Source: Felis catus (lineage: Eukaryota). Taken from it: 64,000 nt of DNA. Location: positions 15,438,001-15,502,000 of the forward strand of contig NC_058382.1 of NCBI RefSeq assembly GCF_018350175.1. Reading direction: 5' to 3'. Every line of letters starts with the position of its first letter. Position 1 is the first letter of the stretch. Of this stretch, positions 13,641 through 33,279 are shown piece by piece. The notes beneath the pieces were generated by a model that saw only the letters and a program-made list of their open reading frames with translations, made no database searches and was not told the origin of the DNA. The position numbers and the translations under genes are program-made.

Positions 13641-13782
13641 GCTTTGTAGGCTACTGAGCACCATCATCATCACTGGTGTGGCCTGACAGACTGACAGAAA
13701 AGCGGGCAAGACCTGTGTCTTGGAGCCTGGAGACCGGGGACATGGCCAAAGTGTAGGGATGTGACCTGAGGGACAAGCCGGG
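13641..13782 (+). other. GGN: Putative GGN non-coding 5' exon
   Basis: Acceptor CTCCTTGCAG at 13640 and donor GG|GTGAGG at 13783; an upstream donor GTGAGT at 13280 suggests an earlier exon. Confidence 0.45.
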
Positions 13783-14117
13783 GTGAGGGTTGGGTGCGGG
13801 GAACAGGGACCGAATCTGAGTACACTAAGAGGATGGAGCCTAAGTGTCTGAATAGCAGCTGAATGGGGCCATGAGGGAGAAGGCCTGACAGCAGCTGAAT
13901 GGGCGATGGGGAAGAAGGCTTGAGCCTCGAGAGTCAGAGAACAGGAATGCAGCGAGAGACTAGTGACAGACGAGTGCCTGAACGGATCTTGGAGCACAGG
14001 GGAGGGTCTGGCGCGGACGTGTACGACCAAATACAGTCAGCCTCGTAGAGTCCCCACAGTTTGGGCGGACTGACTGGCGGAAGTTTTTCCGATCACAGTC
14101 TCCGACCTCCTTCAGAA

Positions 14118-16021
14118 ATGGGGAACGTGCAGTCGGAGCCTTCCGCGGGCGGAGGCTCCCGAAAAGAGCAGGCCTCGGACCGCTCCTCTGACTCCCGCCG
14201 TACGTCCCCGGTGGAGCCCGAGGTGACCCCCTCCTCCCCGGCCATGCGCCTGGCTCGAGGGCTGGGCGTCTGGTTCCCTGGCAGCTCCGCGCCCCCGGGA
14301 ATCCTGGTACCCCCGGAGCCCCAGGTCTCACCCTCGCCCCTGCCCCTGACCTTAGAACTGCCCTCGCCAGCGACGCCCCTTTCAGAGGAGGCGGCTGCGG
14401 CCGCGGTTTCCACACCACCCCCGCCCCCCGTGGGGACCCTGCTGCCCGCGCCGTCTAAGTGGCGAAAACCCACGGGCACTCCGGCGCCGGTGCCCCGGAT
14501 CCGCGGTCTGCTGGAGGCGAGCCATCGCGGTCAGGGCGATCCTCCGAGCCTTCGTCCACTGCCGCCGCCGCCCCGGCAACGAACTGGAGAGGACCCCGAC
14601 TCTCTCCCGAGGGCCCCATCCCCTACTCCGCCCTTCTTGGCGCCGCGGAAGCCGCCGCCACCGCCACCGCCACCGCCATCTTCCGACCGGCAGCCCCCGG
14701 GCCACAGAATCACTCCTGCTCGGGCCACACCCGCCACAACCCCCACAGAAAACCAGGTGGGGTACGGCAGCGAGGGCCAGACGGCCAGGGGAGCCCGCAG
14801 AGGGGCACCTCCCCAAGCAGGAGAAGGCGAAATGGCCCGGCCCGCGGTCTCCGAGTCTGGCCTGAGCCTGCTGTGCAAAGTCACCTTCAAGTCGGGGCCC
14901 CCTTTGGCCCCAGCGGCAGCGTCGAGTTCCTCAGCTGCCAAAGCCTCGCTCGGGGGCGGAGGCGGAGGCGGAGGCGGAGGCGGAGGAGGACTCTTCTCCG
15001 CTGCCTCGGGTTCCATCTCTTACGCCGAAGTCCTGAAGCAGGGGTCCCTGGCTCCTGGGCCCTCTCGACCCTCGGGAGAGGTCCCTCGGGAGTCTCAAGA
15101 AGCAGAAGGCGGTGATGGAGACGGCGAGGGGTGTTCTGGACCCCCCTCGGCGCCTGTGTCCCATGCCAGGGCCCTTCCGCCGCCACCCTACACCACCTTT
15201 CCAAGCTCGAAGCCCAAATTCGACTGGGCGAGCCCTCCCGGTGGCCCTGAACGCCACTTCCGCTTCAACGGAGCCGGCGGCAGTGTCGGGGCGCCCCGAC
15301 GGCGCGCGGCCACGCTCTCAGGGCCCTGGGGCTCCCCACCGCCTCCACCAGGGCAGACGCACCCGGGTCCGGGGTCCCGGAGGCCTGCACCAGCCCTGCT
15401 GGCGCCGCCTATGTTCATCTTCCCGGCGCCCACCAACGGCGAGCCTGTGAGCCCCGGGCCAACAGGCCCACAGGAGTTGCCGCCGCCGCCGCCGCCCACG
15501 CCACCACCCACGCCTCCTCCCGCGCCACCGCCCACACCGCAGCCGCCGGTGCTCCAGCCAACGCCGCCGCCCGTGGCCCGCCCTCCCACCCCAGTCCCGG
15601 GCCACTTGGAGTCGACCCTGGCTCCCGCCCCGGCTCCCATTCTGCCCCTCGCCTTGGCTGCCGACCAGGCCCCGGCCCTGGCCCCATCCCCGGCTCCAGC
15701 TCCCACCACAGCGGAGCCAACGGTGCCTGCGCCCGCGCCCATCAAGGCCCGCACGCGCAGGAACAAGGGTCCCCGCGCAGCCCGGGGTGCGACCCGCGCG
15801 GCGGGCGCCCCCGGAGATGGTCCTCGGGAAAGTACTGCAGCCACCGTGACTGACAGCGGAGGTGGAGGGGGTGGTGGCGGCGGGGCTCCTCCAGCAGGGA
15901 TGGCTAACACGGGCACCACTCGCCACTGGCCGCCCTTCCAGGTGCTTAACTCTTGTCCCTGCAAGTGTTACTGCCGCCACCAGCTGCGTCATCGCCGTCT
16001 ACCACGCAACGTATCTGCCTG
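14118..16021 (+). CDS. GGN: GGN large coding exon
   Basis: Long ORF; donor GTGAGG at 16022. Confidence 0.94.
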
Positions 16022-16609
16022 GTGAGGGAAGGTCGTCGGGGTGTAGGGAGGGGAGGGAATACCTCTTAAAAGTCCTGAACCCGACTTTTCCTGGATAGAG
16101 ACCCATTCAGCTTTGGTGTCCCGACTCCAGCTGAACCATTACCCTTCCCTTGGCTGTATCTCAAACCCAACTGAGTTCCAATCCCCTGGGGAGCTAGAAG
16201 AAACTTGACACCATCCTGACCCATGACAAGGGAGAGGGAACACCTAGGCCCAACCTCTTGGTATCCAGATCTCCAAGCTGACCCTTGCCCCTGTGACCTT
16301 CTGGAGCCATCAGGGAGGGAAGCTGGTGCCAGCTGGCCTGATCCTATTCAAGGCCTTGACCCTGTCCTGAGGGCACCAAGAAGGACCATGTCCCAAGCTT
16401 TTCAGGGAGAGGGGCAAAGGGGAGGAATGCATGCCTCCAGAAAAGTCCTGGCCTACCCCCTGGCACTCCTGACCCCTCCAGCCTCTTCTCCTGAGGCAAG
16501 GCTTTGGCAGCCAGAGGGCACTGATGCCCCAGTCCTTGTGCTGCAGAGGCTACACCTGAGTCCTTAGATCCAGAGTGCATCCTTCAGTTACATCTCTTCC
16601 ACCCCCCCT

Positions 16610-16691
<82 letters not shown>

Positions 16692-17108
16692 AATCTCAGG
16701 ATCTGGTCATCAGGGTCCATCTGACCTTGGTTCCTGAGACTCTGAATCACTGGCAGACCCTCTGCTCTGGATCCCTTGGGGTTCAGTGGAGGCAGGACAG
16801 GTTGAGGGGATGCTCAGAACACAGAATCAGCAACCCTTAGCCCCCCTTTTAAATTTGAATGGATACAGCCTTGCCCTAGACTGTTTTGATGCTCAAACAT
16901 GGCCCCTCATACAGATGGGGAAAGTGAAACCTATAAGGGTTAAGGGCCTGGCCACATGGCAATGCCCTGCTGATTCTACCCTCCCCCTAGGCTGAGCACG
17001 CCCACCAACCACCTGAGCGAGCCGCCTTGGGTTGCCACCATCAAGCTGGCTGGCTCCCTGGTGGCCGGGCTGGAGCACTACGATTTGCAGGCCACCCATT
17101 CCAACTGA
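14118..17108 (+). CDS. GGN: Gametogenetin; join(14118-16021, 16991-17108), 673 aa
   Basis: MGNVQSEPSAGGGSRK..., Pro-rich body, ISYAEVLKQG, FQVLNSCPCKCYC, spliced (TG|G) to LSTPTNHLSEPPWVATIKLAGSLVAGLEHYDLQATHSN*. Confidence 0.95.
16611..16689. repeat. (CA)~39 microsatellite
   Basis: Perfect CA run in the GGN intron. Confidence 0.97.
16991..17108 (+). CDS. GGN: GGN last coding exon
   Basis: CCCCCTAG acceptor; TGA at 17106-17108. Confidence 0.93.
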
Positions 17109-17148
17109 GTGCAGTCTGCTCAATGCCCTCTGCCTCCCCCTCCTTGAC

Positions 17149-17154
17149 AATAAA
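17149..17154 (+). terminator. GGN polyadenylation signal AATAAA
   Basis: 40 nt after the stop codon. Confidence 0.8.
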
Positions 17155-17706
17155 ATAACCATCTAGATATCTAGCTACCTGTCAGTCACTTGCTTAGGGT
17201 CGAAGGGATGGGATCGGGAGGGCAGAGGTCTCCATGAAAGCAGCACATCCTGGAAACGGAGACTGGGCCCAGAACAGCAGAACGGAGGTTCCATTGATCC
17301 AGCATCCGGACTGATGGGCCCAGAGGTGAGACAGTCGCATTACCCTTAACCCCATGAGCTCCATTTGAGCTGATCGGTGCCAAGTTCAGATGTTCAGCAC
17401 AAATCACTCTGGAAAGCAGGGGTGACCATTCCGTTTTTACAGCAGGGAAAATGGACTCCGGAAGACTTTGTTGAAAATCCCACATCCCACAAATGGCTCC
17501 GCCAGATTTGGACTCTGCCTTAAAATACCTTCAAGGCAGGAGATACAGGCTGGGGGCGGTACAGGAGGTCGTAAGTCACAGCACTGGCTCAGGAAGGGTG
17601 GGAACCAGGGCAATCCCAGGCCAGGGCCCACACCAATGGTTCCACAGAGGTCTCAAACTGGTAGCCCACAGACGGGTTCCATTTCATAGGTCATTTAACA
17701 AACTGG

Positions 17707-17712
17707 TTTAAT
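17707..17712 (-). terminator. PSMD8 distal poly(A) signal ATTAAA
   Basis: TTTAAT on + strand about 400 nt past the stop. Confidence 0.55.
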
Positions 17713-18036
17713 TAGTTGCAAACATTTTTAAAATTGTGATGCTTCACCCCCTTCGCTGAAAAACTCGAGCCTTAGCTTGGCCTCCCTGTATGTCCACAGC
17801 TGGCTACTACAGTCCCTCTGCCTGGGACCGGGGCTGCTCCTGCAACTGGGCCCCTGCAGTGGGCAGCTGTTTTGAAACCCTGAGCAATGGCCACTGGACA
17901 GAGGCTGACCCAACAGAGGGTTATCTCAGACCCCAGAGGGCCCCCAAACTTCTAAGTTCTTCAGAGATAAGGAACTTGTCTCTCCATCATTCCGCCCGGG
18001 GAGACAAGGGCCTGGAAGAGAGAATGTCAATCCACC

Positions 18037-18042
18037 TTTATT
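18037..18042 (-). terminator. PSMD8 proximal poly(A) signal AATAAA
   Basis: TTTATT on + strand about 70 nt past the stop. Confidence 0.6.
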
Positions 18043-18109
18043 GGGGGGAACCCTGCACTGCAACTGCTTTAAATAACGTAAGCCCTGCCCCACCCCAGCC
18101 CCTGATGGC

Positions 18110-25087
<6,978 letters not shown>

Positions 25088-25499
25088 GTCAGTCAGAGCT
25101 CCGCCTCTGCTGTCATTCAAGATGGTGACCGGAAGTTCGCTCCTGCCCTAACTGACAATGGCCGCGGTCGCAACGATGCCCCCACCGGCCGTAACCAATA
25201 TGGCTGCACTGGCTTCAGCCCGGGCGTTCCGGACCCTGCTTTTCGGTCTTCAAGGTTCCACCTTCACAGAAGCTCCTCTGAGCCAGGAGGGGGCGATGGT
25301 AGAGCTCTGTGCCATCATTTCCATTTTATAGATGGTAGCATCACTGCTGCTAGACCTTGTAGCTTCTTTTTCCTGCCAGTTTGCTAAGGGATAAGCACTA
25401 GATTTTGTTGCTTTAGTTTGTATTAACATACTAATGAAGTTGAGCATCCTTCCTGTTTATTGAACATTTGGATTTCCTCTTTGAAATTTATTTAAACAC

Positions 25500-26376
25500 T
25501 TCTTTTTTTAAGTTTATTTATTTTTGAGAGAGAGAGAGCGCAAGCACAAGTGGGGAGGGGCGTGGTGGGGGGTGGGGAGAGACTCTGTCAGTGCGGAGCC
25601 AGATGCAGGGCTTGAAATCCTGAACTCCGAGATCATAACCTGAGCAGAAGTCGGTAACTTAATGGACTGAGCCACCTAGGAGCTCCTCCTTTTTGAAATT
25701 TTTGGTGTGGTCCTTTTCCTATAAGTTTTTAAGTACTTCTGTATATTGCAGATAAAACCTTTTGTCTGTTGCGACTATTTTTTGGTCTATTGTTTATTTT
25801 CTGAATATACATTTTTTACTTATCTTTTGCTATGCAATTTTTTAACTTTATTTTTGAGAGAAGAGAGAGTGTGCCAGTAGGGGAGGGGCGGGGGGGGGAG
25901 GTAGAATCTGAAGTGGGCTCTGTGCTGATAGCAGAGAGCCCAACATGGGGCACAAACCCACCAACCGTGAGATCATGACCTGAGCTGAAGTTGGGGTGCT
26001 TAATTGACTGAGTCACCCAGGTGCTGCGCTATGAAAAATTTTTATTTGTCCTTTTATTTATTTTTTTATAAAGATTTTATTTCTAAGTAATCTCTATACC
26101 CAATGTGGGGCTCGAACTCAGAACCCTGAAATCAAGTGTCACATGTTCTACCACCTGAACCAGCCAGGTGCCCCTTAATTTTTTTTTAGGTTTATTTTTT
26201 ATTTTTGAGAGAGAGGACAAGCAGGGGAAGTGCAGAGAGAGAGGGGAACAGAGGATCCGAAGCGGGCTCTGTGCTAACAGCAGAGAGCCGGATATGGGGC
26301 TGGAACTCACAAACTGTGAGATCATGACCTAAACCAAAGTCAGGTCACTCAACCAACTGAACCACCCAGGCACCCC
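25500..26376 (-). mobile_element. Cluster of about four CanSINEs
   Basis: Repeated T-tail / GAGAGA / GAGATCATGACCTGAGC / CCACCCAGGCACCCC patterns. Confidence 0.85.
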
Positions 26377-26761
26377 ATTGATTTGTATTTTTATATAGTC
26401 AATTTATGTAACTGTTCCTTTGTGACTTTTGTATTTTCTATCTTGCTTAGAAGTTCTTCCCATGCCAATGTAAAACAAATATTCTCTAATTTTTCTTTTA
26501 CTAAAATAATTGTGTTTTTCCACATGTAATTTTGACTAATCTTGAATTCACTTTTGCTAATGGTGTGAAGTAGGGATTTAAATTTGATTTCATCTCCATA
26601 GTCAATTTTTCTGGAATTGTTTGTTAAATAAACCATTGCTTTCCCACCAAAATGAAAGACATTTGTGTCATATTAAAAGCTCTTCAATAATCTCTTAAAT
26701 CATCAATATTTTAAGTCATCTGTTATATTCTATTGCTCTATATTTATCCTTGGTAAATACC

Positions 26762-26763
<2 letters not shown>

Positions 26764-26808
<45 letters not shown>
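26764..26808. repeat. (TA)n microsatellite
   Basis: Perfect TA run. Confidence 0.95.
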
Positions 26809-26811
<3 letters not shown>

Positions 26812-26814
26812 AAG

Positions 26815-29800
26815 TGAAAATCACATGAATAAAATTAGCCCTTTTAAAGTGAACAGTTCAGTGCCATTTAGTACATTCACCACGTTGTGCAAATACCACC
26901 TCTATCTCCAAAATATTTTTGTCACTGCAAAAGGAAACACCATGTCTCTTAAGCAATTTCTTCCAATTCCCTACTTTTTCCTTGCCCCTGGTAACCACCA
27001 ATCTGTGTTCTGTCTCTGTGTATTCACCTGTTCTAAGTATTTTCTATAAATGGAGCCATTTGATGTGTGGCCTTATGTATATGGCTATTTTCACTTAGCC
27101 TTTTTTTTCATGTTCATAGATGTTGCAGCATGTATCTGTATTTCATCCTTTTTATGGCCAAATAATATTCCATTGTATGGGTATACCACTATTTGTTTAT
27201 CTATCCTTCCATTGATGAATATTTGAGCTGTTTTCACTTTCTGGCTTGTGAAAAGTGCTGATGTGAACATACATGTACATGTACTTGTTTGACAGCATGT
27301 TTTCAATTCTTTTGGGTGATAAACCTAGGAACNNNNNNNNNNNNNNNNNNNNNNNNNNNNNNNNNNNNNNNNNNNNNNNNNNNNNNNNNNNNNNNNNNNN
27401 NNNNNNNNNNNNNNNNNNNNNNNNNNNNNNNNNNNNNNNNNNNNNNNNNNNNNNNNNNNNNNNNNNNNNNNNNNNGTACCTGTTATTTAAATTATTATAG
27501 ACATTTGGGACACCTGGGTGGCTCAGTCGGTTGGGTGTCCGATTTTGGCTCAGGTCATGATCTCACTGCTCATGGGTTCAAGCCCCACGTTGGGCTCTGT
27601 GCTGATGGCTCAGAGCCTGGAGTCTGCTTCAGATTCTGTGTCTCCCCCTCTCTCTGCCCCTCCCATGCTCGTGCTCTGTCTCTCTCTGTCTCTCAATAAT
27701 GAATAAATGTTTAAAAAATTAAATTATTATAAACATCCTAATGGGTGTGATGAGATATCTCACTATGGTTTTTTTTAAGATTTTATTTTTAAATAGGCTC
27801 CACACCCAACGTGAGGCTCAAACTCACGACCCTGAGATCAAGTGTCACATGCTCTAAGGACACTTGGGTGACTCAGTCGATTAAGTGTCCAACTTCAGCT
27901 CAGGCCATGATCTCGAAGGTCACGAGTTTGAGCCGCACATCAGGCTCTGTGCTGACAGCTGAGAACCTGGAGCCTGCTTCGGATTCTGTCTCCCTCTCTC
28001 TTGCCNNNNNNNNNNNNNNNNNNNNNNNNNNNNNNNNNNNNNNNNNNNNNNNNNNNNNNNNNNNNNNNNNNNNNNNNNNNNNNNNNNNNNNNNNNNNNNN
28101 NNNNNNNNNNNNNNNNNNNNNNNNNNNNNNNNNNNNNNNNNNNNTGCAGGGCTCAGTCCCATGACCCTGAGATCATGATGTGAGCCAAAAACAAGAGTCA
28201 GATGCTCAACTGACTGAGCCACTCAGGCACCCCCAACTGTGTTCCTCTATTTCAAGATACTTTGGTCTATTTAGGGCCCTTGGAAATTCCATATCAGTTT
28301 AGGATGGGTTTCTCTATGTATGCAAAATTGCCAATGGAATTTTGATAGAGATTGCATTGAATCTGTGTATCACTTTGGGTCTTCTTATGGGCTTATATCC
28401 CCTCAAAATGTATACCTAGTACCTCAGAGTGTGGGTGTATTTAGCTATAGGGCCTTTAGAGAGGTGATTAAGTTAAAATGAGACCAATTAGGGTGGGCCA
28501 TAATACAGTTTGACAAGAGTCTTTATTAAGAAGAGGAAATTTGTACACACAGAGAGACACTAGGGATGTGACCACATAGAGAAAGACTATGTGAACACAG
28601 CTACTGGCAAGCCAAGGAGACAGGCCTCGGAAACCAAACCTGCCGACAATTTGATTTTAAACTTCTAAGCCCCAGAATTGTGGGAAAATAAATCTCTGTT
28701 GTTTAAGTTACCCAATCTGTGGTATTTTGTTATGGCAGCGCTTGCAAATGAATACAGGTAGTACCATCATCTTAACAATATTAAGTTTTCCAATTCATGA
28801 ACATGGGATGTCTTTCCATTTGTTTAAGTGTTCTTCAATGTCTTTCAGCCAAGTTTTGTAGTTTTCAATATTCAGGTCTTTTACCTCTTTGTACAAACTT
28901 ATGTTTAAATATTTTATTCTTTTTTGATGTTGTGAATAGAATTGGGGTTTATTTNNNNNNNNNNNNNNNNNNNNNNNNNNNNNNNNNNNNNNNNNNNNNN
29001 NNNNNNNNNNNNNNNNNNNNNNNNNNNNNNNNNNNNNNNNNNNNNNNNNNNNNNNNNNNNNNNNNNNNNNNNNNNNNNNNNNNNNNNNNNTTCTACATAT
29101 AAGATTCTGTTGTCTGCAGAGATAACTTTAGTTCTTCCTTTCCAACTGGGAAAGGAATCAAATTCTTGATTAATTCTTCTGGCTAGAACTTCCCCTACTA
29201 CATTAAGTAGAAGTGGGTATCCTTGATTGTTCCTGATCTCAAGGGAAGGCTTTCAATCTTTCACTACTGAGTATGATGTCAGCTATGGGACTGCTATATA
29301 TTGCTTTTATCATATTAAGGAAANNNNNNNNNNNNNNNNNNNNNNNNNNNNNNNNNNNNNNNNNNNNNNNNNNNNNNNNNNNNNNNNNNNNNNNNNNNNN
29401 NNNNNNNNNNNNNNNNNNNNNNNNNNNNNNNNNNNNNNNNNNNNNNNNNNNNNNNNNNNNNNNNNNNNNNGAACTCTTACATTGCAGGGATAAATCCCAC
29501 TTGCTCATAGTATGTAATCCTCTTAATGTGCTGCTGAACTTGGTTTGGTAGTATATTGTTGAGAATTCTCATGTTTATATTCATGAAGGATATTGGCCTT
29601 TAATATTCTTATCTTGTAATGTCTTTGGCTTTGTTATAAAGGTGTGAGGGTAAGAATAAGTTAGGAAATGTTCTCTCCTCTGAGGAGTTTGATAAGCATT
29701 AGTGATCATTTGTCATTAAAAGTTTGGTAGAATTCAACAGTAAGGACATCTGGTCCTAGGCTTTTCTTTGTTGGAACATTTAAAAAAATGTTTTATTTTT

Positions 29801-30860
29801 AAATAATCTCTACACCCAACATGGAGCTCAAACTTATAAACCTGAGATCAGCCTGCGCTGGTCAAACCTGACTGAGCCAGCCAGGAGCCCCCTGTTGGAA
29901 CATTTTTAGAATTACAGAATCAATCTCCTTACCTCTTCTCAATATACTCAGATTTTCTATTTCTTCTTGAGTCAGTTTTAGCAGTTTTTATGTTTTATGT
30001 TTTTTAGTAGTTTTTATGTTTTTAAATTTTTAGAAAATTTTCCATTTCATCTAAGTTATCTTATTTGTTGGTGTACAGTTGTTCATAATATTCTCTTATA
30101 ATCATTTTTATTTCCATAAAGGTGGATCATTGTTTTTATTTATTTTCTAAAGATTTTATTTTTTATTTATGTATTTTTTTTTAACTTTTTATGTTTATTT
30201 ATTGTTGAGAGACAGAGCATGAGCAGGGGAGGGGAAGTGAGAGGGAGACACAGAATCCGAAGCAGGCTCCAGGCTCTGATCTGTCAGCACAGAGCTTGAC
30301 ATGGGGCTCGAACTCACAAACCACGGGATCATGACCTGAGCTGAAGTTGGATGTTCAATTGACTGAGCCACCCAGGCACCCCTAAAGATTTTATTTTTTA
30401 AAATACTTTTTAAAGTTTATTTATTCTGGGGATGGGGGGGGGGGGGGCGGAGAGAGAGAGAATCCCAAGCAGGCTTCTTGATGTCAGCGCAGAGCCCAAC
30501 AACGCTGGGCTCAATCCCTTGAACCGTGAGATCATGAGCTGAGCTGGAATCAAGAGTCTGTGCTCAACTGACTGAGCCACCCAGGCGCCCCTAGAGATTT
30601 TATTTTTAAGTAATCTCCACACCCAACATGGAGCTTGAACTCACAACCCTGAGATCAAGAGTCGCAGGCTCTACTGACTGAACCAGCCAGGTGCCCCTGG
30701 ATCATTGTTTTTAAATTCAATCTTCCAGTCTCTGCCTTTTAATAGGACACTTTAACCCAGTATTTTTAGTTTTATTAAGATATGTTTTATGACCTAACAT
30801 ATCCTCTATCCTGAAGAATGTTCCATGTGCCCTTGAGGAGAAAGTATATTTTGCTGAAGA
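26815..30860 (-). mobile_element. Fragmented old L1 (3' UTR and ORF2 remnants) interrupted by several CanSINEs and an MLT1 LTR
   Basis: L1 antisense motifs (AATAATATTCCATTGTATGG; GATTGCATTGAATCTG; ATCTTAACAATATTAAG; CTGAAGAATGTTCCATGTGC); minus-frame KAIYSSPIADIILSSERLKAFP is L1 ORF2-like. Confidence 0.75.
28385..28757 (+). mobile_element. MLT1-family (MaLR) solo LTR
   Basis: GAGGTGATTAAGTTAAAATGAG...AATAAATCTCTGTTGTTTAAG...TTTGTTATGGCAGC...AATACA. Confidence 0.75.
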
Positions 30861-30869
30861 AAAGAGATC

Positions 30870-31220
30870 TGCCATGGAGTGAATGTGTCCCTGCCTCCAA
30901 TTCACATGTTGACATCTAACCCCCAATGTAATGGTATTAGGAGGTGGAGCCTTTAGGAGCCCCCATAATTGAATTAATGCCCTTATGAAAGAGACCTAAG
31001 AGACCTCAGAGACCTCCTTTACCTCTTCCACCAGGTGAGGACACAGCAGAATGATGGCCATCTATGACCCAGAAAGCAAGCTCTCACCCCACACTGAAAC
31101 TGCCAGCACCTTGATCTTAGACTTCCAGCCCCCAGAACAGTGAAAAACAAATTTCTGTTGTTTGTAAGCTGATCAGTTTGTGATATTCTGATATAGCGGC
31201 CTGAGTGGACGAAGACAGCA
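30870..31220 (+). mobile_element. MLT1A-like LTR
   Basis: GAATGTGTCCC...GGTATTAGGAGGTGG...CACCTTGATCTTAGACTTCCAGCC...AAATTTCTGTTGTTT. Confidence 0.75.
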
Positions 31221-32784
31221 CAAAACAGGATATTACACTTTCCCTCATTGCATCAATGCAATTCATTTTGTTGACAGATGAGTCTTTAACTGCTATTGTG
31301 CTATACTGCTTGACCATCCCTGACCTCCCTCTTGAGCCCCAGATCTGAAATTCCTGCAGCCTTTTGGATGGTGTCCTCCAGAAGTCTCTCAGCCCTTCCA
31401 TACTGGCCATGACCCCAAAGGCCTCAGTCTGTCCCCCAAATCACCTCCTTCTCCCTGGTCTCCATCTCAGGGACAGCCTTTTTATCCCTCAGTCCTGAGG
31501 GCAGAGCCCTGGACCTTTTCTTAAATGCCTCCTTTGCTCCCACTTCCTTCGTGGCCCTCTAGCCCAATGGCCTGCTCACTGGGGTTTCTGGGCATCTCTC
31601 CCACCTGCCACCTCCTCACCACCCTACACCAGGCTTTGGTCTGGCCCCATCCTCTTCTGCCCAGGTCTCTGGACTACTGCCTCCCTGGGATCTCTGCTCC
31701 AGTCTGAGCTGTCCTCTACAGGAGTATCTTTCTACATCTAACCATATCCTTTGGCCTTTCGGCTCTGAGTACTCCCCTGATAATTTCCAAGCTTCAAAAC
31801 GTGACCTCAGTGGCCTTGCCTGCTCTGGAGCTATGCTATCTCATCACGGACAAGCTGGTCCAGCTGTCTGCCCTAATGCCCCTCAGAGTATGCGTCCCCT
31901 GGGCCTCTACTCCCAGACAGGGGAGTAGAGGGGTATGGTCAGAGAGCTTCCATAGTCACTTCACCCAAGATCTCTGGGGAAGCTGACGTTGAGCTTGTTA
32001 GGTGGACAGGGGGTAGAGTACAAGGTGCAGTTGTTTTCTTGGGTTTTTTGGCTTTTGGTGTTTTGCCTTTGGTCTTTTCCCTTCTTGATAGCGCATTTTC
32101 CTTACAAGGACTGTCCTTCCTCACACTTAATCAAGAGGTTAGGGTGGGACTGCCCTCAGCTCCAGGGGTGGGCTCCAATTGGCTTAAACCTCTGGCAGCG
32201 TGAGTAGTAAAGTGGTAAGCTCAGGACCCACCCCCATCCAATCTGAGTGACTGACTGGGACTTGCCTAGGAATGTTGGGCTCCACCCCCTTCTTCCTCTG
32301 GACAATAAAATATGCGGATGTGCAGCCTCAGACTGTGAGGGGGGGGCGAGCCTGAGGTTAGAGACCATACTCAGAGAAGGGAAGGTCAGAGAAAGCTACA
32401 GAGAAATGGAACCAGAGTCCTATAGACGTTGAACTGACATCAAACTGACCTGAAGCCTATATTATTAGAACCCATAAATTACCATTTCTATGTAGGCCAT
32501 CTGAGTGAAATTTTTGCTACTTGCAACTAAATCAAAAATCCTAACCTCTCCAGAGTGCCCTCCTTAAGCTAGACACTAAATAGAGATTGGAATTCAAAAG
32601 ATTTAATGACCGGCACTAAACCTGGGCACTGAACAATCAGAACGTATGCAAGCCATAGCAACACGCCTGGGTCACAGAAGACCTTGCTGGAGAGTAGGGA
32701 GGTTGCGGGCCTCCCGAGGAGGGGCGGAGTCGACAGGCACACACAGAAGCCGCTATTTACCAGGTGGCCCAGAAGGATTTTGAC

Positions 32785-32790
32785 TTTAAT
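32785..32790 (-). terminator. Candidate CATSPERG poly(A) signal ATTAAA
   Basis: About 200 nt past the stop; a second ATTAAA at 32602-32607. Confidence 0.45.
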
Positions 32791-32994
32791 GACCTATATG
32801 GCTGTGTGGTACAAACTAACTGAACGTGAGTCCTTACAAGGGCCCACGGCTAATCCTGAAACGAGGATTTAGGTCTGAAGAAGTGAAAGTTGACGCAAAA
32901 CAAAAAAGGGCCTGGGATGGGTGATAGATGCATTTCCAAGGTGGCCCAGGAAGTGAGGGAAGAGCACGGGTGGAGATGGGGGCAGGCAAGTGGC

Positions 32995-33279
32995 TCAGGT
33001 AACCAACGGCTTCTTCTTCCAGGTTTGCTCAGGTGCACGCTGGTTCGCCTCTGCCACTTTGGAACTGTCACTGGAGCCGACTCTGGAGCTGACCGTGGAT
33101 CTGGTCTCAGATGTCCCACTGCAATTTCTAGAAGGGGAAGTGTAGGTGTAGTAGGACTCTGACATGATGATGTTGTTGATCTTCCAGCGGAGGCTGTTCC
33201 AGGCCTTCACCATAACAGGCAACAGGAGGCAGAAGATGATGTAGAGGGTCACCAGACCGATGAACACGCTGGATGACAC
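32995..33279 (-). CDS. CATSPERG: CATSPERG coding exon 28 (TM and Ser-rich tail)
   Basis: [21 protein letters not shown]...SESYYTY...KKKPLVT*. Confidence 0.92.
   Translation of the reverse strand: MSSSVFIGLVTLYIIFCLLLPVMVKAWNSLRWKINNIIMSESYYTYTSPSRNCSGTSETRSTVSSRVGSSDSSKVAEANQRAPEQTWKKKPLVT

Noticed and set aside
14093-15992. Several long antisense and alternate-frame ORFs over GGN
   Set aside because: Expected in very GC-rich coding DNA; no independent support
14061-16025. 654-aa ORF-track call as the complete GGN protein
   Set aside because: It starts at a TTG upstream of a splice acceptor, and its TGA lies within the donor GTGAG; the CDS starts at 14118 and splices to 16991
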